A stretch of DNA of 64,000 nt from Negativicutes bacterium (GTDB lineage Bacteria > Bacillota > Negativicutes > UBA1444). Of the stretch, positions 1 to 9,620 are shown piece by piece. Both the position numbers and the translations under genes were made by a program. Location of the stretch: positions 64,001-128,000 of the forward strand of contig CAXXIN010000016.1 in NCBI GenBank assembly GCA_963665275.2, written 5' to 3'. Numbering within the stretch: the first letter of the stretch is position 1; each line of letters opens with the position of its first letter. The notes below the pieces were generated by a model, which was not told the DNA's origin, did not search any database, and worked only from the letters and a program-made list of their open reading frames with translations.

Positions 1-1645
1 GAAGGTGTTTTTAGCAGGGACGGCAAATTGCTGGATGTCGCGGCGGAGCCGGGACTGGCCCTCTTATTGCAAGGGTCGGCTCTCTGTAACGATGCAATCT
101 TGCAAACTGGAGTCGAAGATAAGGGTTGGCGAATCGCCGGTGATCCTACGGAAGGGGCGCTGGTAGTTGTAGCCGCTAAGGCTGGGATTTGATCGCGATT
201 CCAGCAATGATAAGTGGCCACGTGTCCAAGAAATTCCTTTTGATTCCTCCCGCAAGATGATGACTACCTTCCATCGGATGCCTGACGGCAGTGTGAGAGC
301 CTTCGTCAAAGGCGCCCCGGACATTATGCTGAATCGTTGCACTCGAATTTCTACCCGTCAAAATATTACAGAACTTAACGATGCGGTTCGTGAAACGATA
401 TTTGTTGCCAACAGTGCTATGGCGAAGCAGGCGCTGCGGGTTTTGGCGGTCGCTTATCATGACTTTCCTGAGCTCCCGGCCAATCTAGAACCGGCAGCCA
501 TCGAGAAGGACTTGATCTTTGTCGGCCTCTTAGGGATGATCGATCCTCCCCGCGCCGAAGTTCGGGATGCGGTTGCCATTTGTGCCAAGGCCGGCATCCG
601 GCCGATCATGATTACGGGTGATTATCGTGACACTGCGTTAGCGGTGGCGATGAATCTGGGGATAGCCCAAGGCGAACATCAGGTCGTTACTGGGCAGGAA
701 CTTAATGCCATGTCGAAAGACGAGCTCTGTCAGGTGGTGCGAAAAGCCTCCGTATTCGCCCGTGTCTCACCGGAACACAAGGTCGCTATCGTTGAGGCAT
801 TCCAGTGCAATCACGAAATTGCAGCGATGACGGGTGATGGCGTCAATGACGCACCAGCGCTTAAAAAAGCCGACATTGGGGTGGCGATGGGTATTACCGG
901 TACCGATGTCACCAAAGAAACTGCAGATATGGTGCTGACAGATGATAACTTTGCCAGTATCGTGGCGGCGGTCGAAGAAGGCCGTGTCATTTTTGCCAAC
1001 ATCCGCAAGTTCGTTTTTTTCCTGCTGTCCTGTAATCTGGCTGAAATCATGGTGATCTTTTTTGCAATGCTGCTGGGATGGCCGATTCCGTTATTGCCGA
1101 TTCAGCTGCTGTGGCTCAACCTCGTTACAGACGCTTTCCCGGCCTTGGCACTGGGGATGGAAAAAGCCGAGCCCGGTGTGATGGACCAGCAACCGCGTGA
1201 CCCGCAGGAACCACTGCTGAACAAAAACATGAAAAAGATGATTGTTATTCAGAGCGGTGTGCTGACCTTCGCCGTCCTTGGCGCCTATTATTATGCATTG
1301 AACAAATTCCCGGAAGACATAGACCTAACTATGGCACGGACCTTTGCATTTACGACGATGATCTCGGCTGAACTGTTGCGGGCTTATACAACTCGATCCG
1401 AGCATCTTTCTGTGTTCAAGATCGGCCTGTTTTCCAATAAATTCATGAACCTTGGCGTTTTTGTTTCGTTTGCACTGTTGATGTTGTCTCTGTATGGACC
1501 CTTGCACGTGGTCTTCCGCACTGACACACTAGGGCTAAACGAATGGGCAGTCATTGGTGCATTCGCCATCCTTCCGTTCGCTGCAGGGGAAATCGGCAAG
1601 CAGTTCCTGGATTTGTCAGGGTGCGCAAGGAAGAAAACAGAATAA
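1..1645 (+). CDS. Cation-translocating P-type ATPase (Ca2+/type IIA-like), 5'-truncated by the window edge, with an apparent +1 frameshift at about 184-186
   Basis: Frame 1 (1-189) reads ...LCNDA...GDPTEGALVVVAAKAG, then TGA at 190-192. Frame 2 continues GFDRD...IPFDSSRKMMTT...KGAPD...MIDPPR...MITGD...MTGDGVNDAPALKKADIGVAMG. Confidence 0.9.
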
Positions 1646-1676
1646 TAAGTGTAGATTGACTTGGTTGATAGACCCT

Positions 1677-1736
1677 AAGTCCGGTTTTGTTGACATGACG
1701 AATAGTTCGTCGGGTTGGCGGACCGGGCTTTTCTTT
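1677..1736 (+). terminator. Probable intrinsic terminator after the ATPase
   Basis: AAGTCCGGT...ACCGGGCTT stem with inner GACGAA/TTCGTC hairpin, followed by TTCTTT. Confidence 0.55.
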
Positions 1737-1760
1737 GGAAGAGAGAAAGGAGAGTTGCGA

Positions 1761-2450
1761 ATGAAGGTAGGAGTCATCGGCGCCGGGCGCATGGGTAGGA
1801 TTCTGGCAGAGCGAATAGCAGCAGATCATGATGTCGTCTTATATGATGCCAATATCCAAGGGGCGGTCGTGGTTGCTGAAGCGTTAAAATTGACGAGCGT
1901 CGACTCGCTTTCTGCGCTGAACGTTGATGCGGTAGTAATGGCTGTGCCGGACAATGCAGTGGCGCCATGTCTGACTGAACTGCACGAAAGCGGAAAAAAT
2001 TTTAACGCGTTTAGTGTAGCGACCAATATTTCCCGGGAAACCCTTGCCTCGTTCGAACGCGAGGGGGTTCGCTGCCTGAACGTCAAAATTATCGGCCATG
2101 CCGGTGAGATGGGAAGAGGCGCCAAACCGGTAATCGTGATCGACCAAGGCGATTCGGAAATGATCCGCGTGGCGCAACAACTGTTTGCGAACGTTGGGCA
2201 GGTAGTGACCGGTGATGCAGATCAGGTTAAGCTAATCAACAGTGTGGCAACGGAGGAAGCTCTGAAAGCGGCTGTGTCAATAGAAAAAGCACTAATGGCG
2301 GCCGGGATATCTGATGCGGTGATTATTCGGGGCGCTTTGTCACAAGTTGCGCCAGGCGTGCTGAAAGCTTACGCAGAAGATGACCTGGGGCCGTTTGCCC
2401 GAAAAATAGTCAAGGCGTTACGTGACAGCGCTGACAAAGAAATGGTATAA
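1761..2450 (+). CDS. NAD(P)-binding Rossmann protein (ProC/F420-oxidoreductase-like N-terminus)
   Basis: MKVGVIGAGRMG dinucleotide-binding motif; RBS AAAGGAG upstream of ATG 1761. Confidence 0.75.
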   Translation: MKVGVIGAGRMGRILAERIAADHDVVLYDANIQGAVVVAEALKLTSVDSLSALNVDAVVMAVPDNAVAPCLTELHESGKNFNAFSVATNISRETLASFEREGVRCLNVKIIGHAGEMGRGAKPVIVIDQGDSEMIRVAQQLFANVGQVVTGDADQVKLINSVATEEALKAAVSIEKALMAAGISDAVIIRGALSQVAPGVLKAYAEDDLGPFARKIVKALRDSADKEMV

Positions 2451-2495
2451 TTATAAATCAATTCGCGGCGATGTTGCTGCAAAAGACTGGAGGCA

Positions 2496-3383
2496 ATGAA
2501 AATGGAACAAGGAACGTACCGGGTTAAAGCCGGTTTGGCGCAGATGCTCAAGGGTGGCGTGATCATGGATGTGACGACGCCGGAGCAAGCGAAGATTGCG
2601 GAAGAGGCCGGCGCTTGCGCCGTTATGGCGCTGGAACGTGTTCCGGCCGATATTCGGGCCGCAGGCGGCGTGGCGCGTATGGCTGACCCGACGATTGTGA
2701 AACGGATTATGGAAGCGGTGACGATTCCCGTCATGGCTAAGTCCCGAATTGGGCATTTTGTCGAGGCGCAAATTCTGGAATCCCTCGGTGTCGATTATAT
2801 TGACGAAAGCGAAGTTCTTACCCCTGCTGACGATAAATATCACATCAACAAACACCAGTTCAAAATTCCTTTTGTCTGTGGCGCCCGCAACCTTGGAGAA
2901 GCCTTGCGGCGTATCGCCGAAGGCGCGGCCATGATTCGGACGAAAGGAGAACCCGGCACCGGTAACGTGGTCGAGGCGGTTCGCCATATTCGCATGGTTA
3001 ATGCCGAAATTCGTCAGCTTACCAATCTGCCTGATGATGAAGTGCCGAACTTTGCCAAAGAAATCGGCGCCTCGCTGGAAATAGTATGGGAAGTTAAAAA
3101 ACTGGGCAAATTACCAGTGGTCAATTTTGCTGCCGGCGGGATTGCGACTCCTGCCGATGCAGCCTTGATGATGCAACTGGGCTGCGATGGAATCTTCGTC
3201 GGTTCCGGCGTGTTCAAATCCACCGATCCCGCCAAACGTGCGCGCGCGATCGTGGATGCGACCACTTATTTCAAGGATGCGCAGAAATTGGCGGAAGTGT
3301 CGGAGAATCTTGGGGAGGCGATGTCCGGCATTGAGATTGCGAACATTGCTCCGCAGGACCGGATGCAGGAACGCGGCTGGTAA
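2496..3383 (+). CDS. pdxS: Pyridoxal 5'-phosphate synthase lyase subunit
   Basis: [41 protein letters not shown]-terminal MQERGW. Confidence 0.97.
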   Translation: MKMEQGTYRVKAGLAQMLKGGVIMDVTTPEQAKIAEEAGACAVMALERVPADIRAAGGVARMADPTIVKRIMEAVTIPVMAKSRIGHFVEAQILESLGVDYIDESEVLTPADDKYHINKHQFKIPFVCGARNLGEALRRIAEGAAMIRTKGEPGTGNVVEAVRHIRMVNAEIRQLTNLPDDEVPNFAKEIGASLEIVWEVKKLGKLPVVNFAAGGIATPADAALMMQLGCDGIFVGSGVFKSTDPAKRARAIVDATTYFKDAQKLAEVSENLGEAMSGIEIANIAPQDRMQERGW

Positions 3384-3388
3384 TCCTC

Positions 3389-3973
3389 ATGCAGGATGGG
3401 AAATTGCGAATCGGCGTTTTGGCTCTTCAGGGGGCATTTCGCGAACATAAGCTTATGATGGAACGTTGTGGAGCTGAAGTTGTTGAAGTTCGGAGTCCGG
3501 AGCAACTCGACGACATGAGCGGTCTGATTATTCCTGGCGGCGAGAGCACCACGATTGGCAAGATGATGGTGCGGTGGGGCTTGCTGGAAAAGATTCGCGA
3601 ACGACACGCAGCGGGAATGGGGATCTACGGAACTTGCGCCGGAATGATTCTACTGGCGAGGGATATCGTCGGCAGCGATCAGCCGAGGCTTGATCTCATG
3701 GACATTCGGGTGAAACGTAACGCTTTCGGCCGTCAGCGTGAAAGTTTCGAGGCGGATCTTATGGTGCCCGAATTTGGCCCGGAGCCTTTGCGGGCAGTGT
3801 TCATTCGTGCGCCTTACGTTGAAGCTGCGGGACCGGCTGTGCAGGTACTGGCCCGAGTGAATGACAAAATTGTGATTGCCCGTCAGGGTCGGTTGCTGGT
3901 GACGGCGTTCCACCCAGAGCTCACGCACAGTGATCAAGTGCATCGATATTTCATGAAAATGTTGCAAGAATGA
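3389..3973 (+). CDS. pdxT: PLP synthase glutaminase subunit
   Basis: GVLALQGAFREH, PGGESTT, GTCAGMILL, FHPEL; directly after pdxS. Confidence 0.97.
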   Translation: MQDGKLRIGVLALQGAFREHKLMMERCGAEVVEVRSPEQLDDMSGLIIPGGESTTIGKMMVRWGLLEKIRERHAAGMGIYGTCAGMILLARDIVGSDQPRLDLMDIRVKRNAFGRQRESFEADLMVPEFGPEPLRAVFIRAPYVEAAGPAVQVLARVNDKIVIARQGRLLVTAFHPELTHSDQVHRYFMKMLQE

Positions 3974-3980
3974 GCAGGTT

Positions 3981-4015
3981 AAAGCCGCCAGATTCCTTTG
4001 GGACTGGCGGCTTTT
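3981..4015 (+). terminator. Intrinsic terminator after pdxT
   Basis: AAAGCCGCCAG...CTGGCGGCTTTT. Confidence 0.75.
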
Positions 4016-4035
4016 GACCGGCAGGAGGCGGAACT

Positions 4036-5379
4036 GTGGCCGAAGAATGTGTAATGGCGCAGGTTTTAATGGCTGGTTGGAACGATTTCTCCCTGTCTAA
4101 GGAGCGATTCAGGCAAATAGCCACAGACTTTGCGGCGGCAATGGACGACGGACTAAACGGCCGCCCCTCGCCGCTCCAGATGCTGCCGGCATTTGTCGGT
4201 CGACCCGCTGGAAATGAGAGTGGAAAATATCTGGCTTTAGATTTCGGCGGCACCAATCTGCGAGTGGCGGAGGTTGAACTATGTGGCACAAAAAAACCTC
4301 GCATCAGCAAAATGCATAAATTATCGCTAAAGCAAGCAGAGGGCGGTGTAGACTACACTTCGGCAGACGTCGACGTCGACACTCTGTTCGATTTTATCGC
4401 GCAGCAGATTGCGATAGTTGACAATGGTACGGAAGCATTGCTGCTTGGTCATTCTTTTTCCTATGCAAGCGAGCAGACTTCGCTCGGAAGGGCTAAGCTT
4501 GTCGGATGGACGAAAGAAATCAAAGTTACCGGTGTGGCCGGGCAGGATATAAACGGGCTGCTAACTGCCGCATTAGCACGCCAATCCATTGGCAACATCC
4601 AACCAGTAGCGGTGATCAATGACACAACTGCGACCTTGTTGGCGGCTGCTTATTCGAAGCCGGAAGCTGATTTGGGCTCCGTTTGCGGAACCGGGCACAA
4701 TACCTGCTATTATGAAGCGTTTTCGCCGCAGAAAGCTTCGACGCGGATGATGGCCTACAATAGCGAGTCCGGCGGTTTCGACAGACTTCCGTTTAGTGCA
4801 ATTGACGATCAGCTTGATGCGGACAGTGAGTACCCAGGGCAGCAACGATTGGAAAAGATGGTTGCCGGGCGCTATTTGGGGGAGCTGACGCGCCGGATAT
4901 TGCTCTCGGGGCGTAGCGACTGCGGCATGATTTTTATTGATGGATGCCCTGCTTTTCAAAGGGTTGATGGAATTTCAGGCATCGATGTGGCGGTTTTCGC
5001 TGGCGATGAAACAAAAGATCTGGCTGATATTAAGTGCTGGATTGAAAAACAATTGCCGGGATATTCGGGTGCTCTTGCTGAAAGACATTTTATCAAAGCA
5101 GTTGCCGAGATGGTTGTGGACCGTTCAGCCGCGTTGATTGCCGCATCCTACGCAGGTTTTCTCCTGCGGATGGATCCGCAGCACCGCCGGAAACATGTTA
5201 TCGGCATCAACGGATCGCTTTATGAAAAGATGCCGAGGTTCGCGGGAGGGATCCAGATGGCCTTGGAAAACTTCGGCGACTGGAATTCTGAGCAAGTGAT
5301 CTTTCACCTTGTGGATGAGGCGCCGCTCATTGGGGCGGCGATCGCGGCAGCGATGGCAAAGGACGGTGACATTTCTTGA
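4036..5379 (+). CDS. Hexokinase (eukaryote-type family)
   Basis: YLALDFGGTNLRV, WTK, INDTT, GTGHNTCYYE, EKMVAGRYLGEL, NGSLYEK; GTG start with RBS GCAGGAGG. Confidence 0.9.
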   Translation: MAEECVMAQVLMAGWNDFSLSKERFRQIATDFAAAMDDGLNGRPSPLQMLPAFVGRPAGNESGKYLALDFGGTNLRVAEVELCGTKKPRISKMHKLSLKQAEGGVDYTSADVDVDTLFDFIAQQIAIVDNGTEALLLGHSFSYASEQTSLGRAKLVGWTKEIKVTGVAGQDINGLLTAALARQSIGNIQPVAVINDTTATLLAAAYSKPEADLGSVCGTGHNTCYYEAFSPQKASTRMMAYNSESGGFDRLPFSAIDDQLDADSEYPGQQRLEKMVAGRYLGELTRRILLSGRSDCGMIFIDGCPAFQRVDGISGIDVAVFAGDETKDLADIKCWIEKQLPGYSGALAERHFIKAVAEMVVDRSAALIAASYAGFLLRMDPQHRRKHVIGINGSLYEKMPRFAGGIQMALENFGDWNSEQVIFHLVDEAPLIGAAIAAAMAKDGDIS

Positions 5380-5951
5380 TGTTGGAACGCTGTGGGTGGT
5401 GTGTCGGTGATCCGCTATACGAGGCATATCACGATCGCGAATGGGGAGTTCCCCAGCACGATGATAAGATTCTGTTTGAGTATCTGGTGCTGGAAGGAGC
5501 GCAAGCGGGATTGAGCTGGATCACTGTGCTGAGGAAAAGACTTCGCTATCGGGAAATGATGCATAATTTTGATCCTGAATCGCTATCTTTATGGGGAGAA
5601 GTAGAAATTGCGGCCTTGATGCAGGAACCAGGGATCATCCGGAACCGTCTGAAATTGGAATCAACCGTGAAGAATGCGCGGGCGTTTCTCAATGTGCAGG
5701 AGGAATACAGCAGTTTTGACACATATATCTGGCGTTATGTTGACGGTGTCCCAGTGCAAAATACATGGCAGTCGTTGCAAGAAGTTCCTGCCCAGACGCC
5801 GGCGGCGTTGGCAATGAGTAAGGATTTAAAAAAGCGCGGCTTTAACTTTGTTGGGCCAACCATCTGCTATGCGTTCATGCAGGCTGTCGGGTTGGTGAAC
5901 GATCATCTCGTGTCCTGTTTTCGTCACAGTCAATTGAATGGTCGATCATAA
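5376..5951 (+). CDS. tag: DNA-3-methyladenine glycosylase I
   Basis: RCGW, YHDREWG, LEGAQAGLSWITVL, FVGPTICYAFMQAVGLVNDH. Confidence 0.95.
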   Translation: MMLERCGWCVGDPLYEAYHDREWGVPQHDDKILFEYLVLEGAQAGLSWITVLRKRLRYREMMHNFDPESLSLWGEVEIAALMQEPGIIRNRLKLESTVKNARAFLNVQEEYSSFDTYIWRYVDGVPVQNTWQSLQEVPAQTPAALAMSKDLKKRGFNFVGPTICYAFMQAVGLVNDHLVSCFRHSQLNGRS

Positions 5952-6044
5952 AATCCTGCTGCTTTATTGCAGCAGGATTCGGAACTGCCATAGCGAAATA
6001 GTTTCAATAAGACAAAATCGATTTATGAAGGGGGCTATTGTAAA

Positions 6045-6518
6045 ATGATTGCAGGACATCTGGCTCACTGGAATACTGAAAAGCATCTCTACGCCCCGGG
6101 ACTTCAAAAAGCGATGGCGTGGCTGCAGGCAAATGACCTAGCGGCGCTTCCGACCGGTCGCCAGGAGCTTGACGGCGACAAATTATATGTGATGGTCAAC
6201 GAATATATATCAGAACCCAAAGAAAAACGGCGGGCCGAAGCACACCGGAAATACGTGGATGTGCAGTACATCGTTAAAGGCAGGGAAGTTATTGGGTATG
6301 CTCGCTTGCAGGATGGGTACGAAGTGTTGGAAGATAAGTTGGCCGAGAAAGATGTGATTTTTTATAGGAATCCGGCGGATGAATCCGATATCCTTCTGAG
6401 CGAGGGCATGTTCGGCATCTTTTTCCCATGGGATGTGCACCGCCCCAACTGTGCAGTGGGAGAGCCGGGTCCGATCCGCAAAGTGATTCTAAAAATCAGC
6501 ATGGACAGCTTGAAGTAA
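6045..6518 (+). CDS. YhcH/YjgK/YiaL family protein
   Basis: EAHRKYVDVQY and FFPWDVHRP motifs. Confidence 0.9.
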   Translation: MIAGHLAHWNTEKHLYAPGLQKAMAWLQANDLAALPTGRQELDGDKLYVMVNEYISEPKEKRRAEAHRKYVDVQYIVKGREVIGYARLQDGYEVLEDKLAEKDVIFYRNPADESDILLSEGMFGIFFPWDVHRPNCAVGEPGPIRKVILKISMDSLK

Positions 6519-6540
6519 TGATTATGTGATCAGAATGCAG

Positions 6541-6569
6541 AGAAGCCCCGGTTTGGCGCCGGGGCTTCT
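6541..6569. terminator. Bidirectional terminator between convergent genes
   Basis: AGAAGCCCCGG-TTTGGCG-CCGGGGCTTCT. Confidence 0.75.
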
Positions 6570-6598
6570 CAATGAACAGATTATGGAGTTCAGGTAAT

Positions 6599-7213
6599 TT
6601 ACTTGAAAATCCCGAAGGGCTTGCCCATTGGCAGGAACGGTTTGCCGAAGTGGGTGTTCAACACGACTGCGGATGCAGCGTAGAAAGAAATCAGAGCAGT
6701 AACCATCTCGGCCATTGCGCCGATCATGTGGGTGGTGTGGGCGGCGACGCCGAAAGCATTAAGAGAAAGTGCTGCCAGCAGGACGTCGATGACGACCATA
6801 TCGGCGAAGATAACTTTGTTAACTTCCATCGCGCCGATTGTCATGAATACAGAAAAAATCAAATAGCCCAGAAATGCGAAACCCAGCTGATTGACATCGG
6901 CGGCGGCAGCCAACTCTTTGCCAAAAACCCCCATCTTCATCATCCAGCAGGTTGCGACAGCATACCAAAAGAAGGCATATGCGCCGAAGACCGTGGCGCC
7001 CCAGATGTTTTCATGCAGAAAATCGAAGATTGAGGCAATTAGCTGCGCGGTAGCACCTAAAAAAAGCGCATATACGATGACGAATGAAAGTCCGGTTGTG
7101 AGACCCAGCTTCTGTGATGAAGCGACAAAGGTCACCATGGCAAGGCCGAAAAGACCGAGTCCGGTCGGGTTGGCCACTGAAATTTTCATGTGTTGGGTGT
7201 CGTTTGCACTCAC
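6599..7213 (-). CDS. satP: Acetate/succinate uptake transporter (GPR1/FUN34/YaaH family)
   Basis: ANPTGLGLFG signature, GATVFGAYAFFW, six hydrophobic segments. Confidence 0.88.
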   Translation of the reverse strand: MSANDTQHMKISVANPTGLGLFGLAMVTFVASSQKLGLTTGLSFVIVYALFLGATAQLIASIFDFLHENIWGATVFGAYAFFWYAVATCWMMKMGVFGKELAAAADVNQLGFAFLGYLIFSVFMTIGAMEVNKVIFADMVVIDVLLAALSLNAFGVAAHTTHMIGAMAEMVTALISFYAASAVVLNTHFGKPFLPMGKPFGIFK

Positions 7214-7606
7214 TTAATCATTTTCCCCCTATGAATTTAATCAAAGAATAGCAGGTTGCCGGTATAATCGTTAAAATGTTGTTGCCACGTCAGCCGTATA
7301 GGCCCAGTCTCCTTTCTTTGAGCAGGGTGCTTTTTTTACGTGTGATGATAAAAATTTTACCCCATCATTAGTATAACCAATTTCGCGTAAATAACGCAAT
7401 ATTAGCTTGAAAAAAGCTGTATTCAGAAATAAATTTGAATTTACATTAATTATCATCCGATTCCGTGAATTTTTCTCTTGGAAGAATGAAGGCACATGTG
7501 CAGGAGGAGTTTGGGATCGCGGGCGAGAAGTTGTTTTTTAGAGGTTTGGGTTAGTGGCATAGCGGAAAAATGGCAGTTGGATTGGCAGATTGGAAGGAGT
7601 ACCTCT

Positions 7607-8911
7607 ATGAATTTTCAACTCGGCGTTACATGGATGTTGGAAATATTGATCGTCCTGCTTCTCGTGGTTCTTGTTTTGCGTAGTGGCGGCAGGCAGGGGA
7701 GCGAGAGACTGGAGCGACTGATCCGGGATGAAGCTGAGCGTTCGCGCCAGCAGGCTTCGCTTAGTGATCGAGCGATTCGCGAAGAGCTGACGGCGCTGAT
7801 TCACCAATACAATGAAGCGGTTGTGAGGCGACTGAGCGAAAACTCCGGGAATCAGCTGGCACAGTTAGACAGCTTTGCAAAACAGCTCCAGCAATTAACA
7901 CAGTCGAACGAGCAGAAGCTTGAACGCATGAGGGAAACGATTCAAGTTCAACTTGGCGTGCTGCAGGAAGACAACAGCCGGAAACTCGAAGCAATGCGGC
8001 AGACCGTCGATGAGAAGCTGCACGCCACTCTCGAGAAGAGGCTGGGAGAATCATTCCAGATGGTGAGCGAGCGACTTGAGCAGGTTCACAAAGGGTTGGG
8101 CGAAATGCAGACGCTGGCAGCCGGTGTCGGGGATCTGAAAAAAGTATTGACCAATGTGAAGACTCGCGGCACGTGGGGAGAGATACAGCTGGGCGCCTTG
8201 CTCGAACAAGTTCTCGCTCCCGGCCAGTACGAATCGAATGTGGCAACGAAACCGGGGAGCGCCGAGCGGGTTGAATTCGCGATCGTGCTTCCAGGCAGAG
8301 GGGATGCCGGAAATGTCTATCTGCCGATAGACGCCAAATTTCCGCAGGAAGATTATCAACGACTGCTGGAAGCGCAAGAAATGGCAGATGTTGCGGGAGC
8401 GGAAGCTGCAGCCAAAGCGCTGGAACTTCGGATTAAGGCGGAAGCGAAAGATATTCGCGATAAATATCTCTCGCCGCCCCATACAACAGATTTTGGGATA
8501 CTGTTTTTACCGGTTGAGGGTCTCTATGCAGAAGTTCTACGGCGAACCGGGCTGTATGAGATACTGATGCGCGAATATCATGTCACCATCGCCGGTCCTA
8601 CTACGTTGGCCGCCATTCTCAACAGCCTGCAGATGGGATTCCGGACGTTGGCGATCGAGAAACGGTCCTCCGAAGTCTGGATGTTGCTCAGCGCGGTCAA
8701 AACCGAATTTGGCAAGTTCGGAGATATTCTAGATAAGACGAACAAAAAATTGCAGGAAGCAAGCAACGTGATGGATGATGCGGCGCGCAAAAGCAGGACC
8801 ATTGAACGCAAGCTCAGGGCAGTTCAGTCATTGCCTGATGCAAGCGCTGAAAAGCTGTTGGCAGAGGCAGTTGAAGCCGACGAAGGGGTGGACATTTGCC
8901 CCCCGCTATAA
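7607..8911 (+). CDS. rmuC: DNA recombination protein RmuC
   Basis: NVKTRGTWGE, PIDAKFPQEDY, TTDFGILFLPVEGLYAE; start placed at ATG 7607 after RBS AAGGAG. Confidence 0.93.
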   Translation: MNFQLGVTWMLEILIVLLLVVLVLRSGGRQGSERLERLIRDEAERSRQQASLSDRAIREELTALIHQYNEAVVRRLSENSGNQLAQLDSFAKQLQQLTQSNEQKLERMRETIQVQLGVLQEDNSRKLEAMRQTVDEKLHATLEKRLGESFQMVSERLEQVHKGLGEMQTLAAGVGDLKKVLTNVKTRGTWGEIQLGALLEQVLAPGQYESNVATKPGSAERVEFAIVLPGRGDAGNVYLPIDAKFPQEDYQRLLEAQEMADVAGAEAAAKALELRIKAEAKDIRDKYLSPPHTTDFGILFLPVEGLYAEVLRRTGLYEILMREYHVTIAGPTTLAAILNSLQMGFRTLAIEKRSSEVWMLLSAVKTEFGKFGDILDKTNKKLQEASNVMDDAARKSRTIERKLRAVQSLPDASAEKLLAEAVEADEGVDICPPL

Positions 8912-8954
8912 TACAATATGGGACAACGAAAAGGAAAAAATGGGGTGGGACGAA

Positions 8955-9620
8955 ATGAAAAAAACAATTCTGGTGTTCGTTGCCATCATGGTGTTGGCGA
9001 TAGAATCCGGTAATGGCCTGAAGGTAGCCGAAGCGGTCAAAATGTTGCCGACTGGCGGAGTCTCTAATGCAGCTTGTCTCAACTATGGCATTGAAATGCG
9101 CGATGCGAAAACGGTCAAATCCTGTTTGTTGGCGACTCCGGCAGATTTTACGACTGTCGGCGACCAACCAATTTCCTGTTCGGCGAAATATTCTATCGCA
9201 TTTCGTCCTGATGGAAAAGTTGAGTACTGCACTGTGAGCAAAGATATGTCGTTCCGCCGAAATGTGCAGGATGTGGTTCCTGCCATGGCCGGAGGGCGAG
9301 CAGCTTTTTATCCCTCAGGGACGCTGGAAGTAGTGAAACTCAAGGCGACAATGCAGCTTCCTTACGCGAAAGATAGGGCGGTGGCCTGCAAGGCGGGATC
9401 GCAAGCGACTTTCCGCGCTGACGGCAACGTGGCGACTTGCTTTTTGGAGCAGGAAAGCCTCTTTTCCAGCGGGACCAAGAAAAAAACCGCCAGTACCTGC
9501 CAGGCCGGCGGACTCATTACGTTTGATGAATTCGGAGCGTTTAACGGCTGTTATCCACCTCCGCCGGTTAAGACTGCCGCACCGGCAGGAAACACAACAC
9601 AGGGAGGCCAGACAAAATGA
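8955..9620 (+). CDS. Secreted protein with about five Cys-bracketed beta-hairpin (MORN-variant-like) repeats
   Basis: Signal peptide MKKTILVFVAIMVLA; repeats IAFRPDG/AAFYPSG/ATFRADG/ITFDEFG. Confidence 0.7.
   Translation: MKKTILVFVAIMVLAIESGNGLKVAEAVKMLPTGGVSNAACLNYGIEMRDAKTVKSCLLATPADFTTVGDQPISCSAKYSIAFRPDGKVEYCTVSKDMSFRRNVQDVVPAMAGGRAAFYPSGTLEVVKLKATMQLPYAKDRAVACKAGSQATFRADGNVATCFLEQESLFSSGTKKKTASTCQAGGLITFDEFGAFNGCYPPPPVKTAAPAGNTTQGGQTK

Noticed and set aside
7214-7400. Long satP 5' leader as a riboswitch
   Set aside because: No recognisable aptamer or leader terminator; only a weak palindrome.
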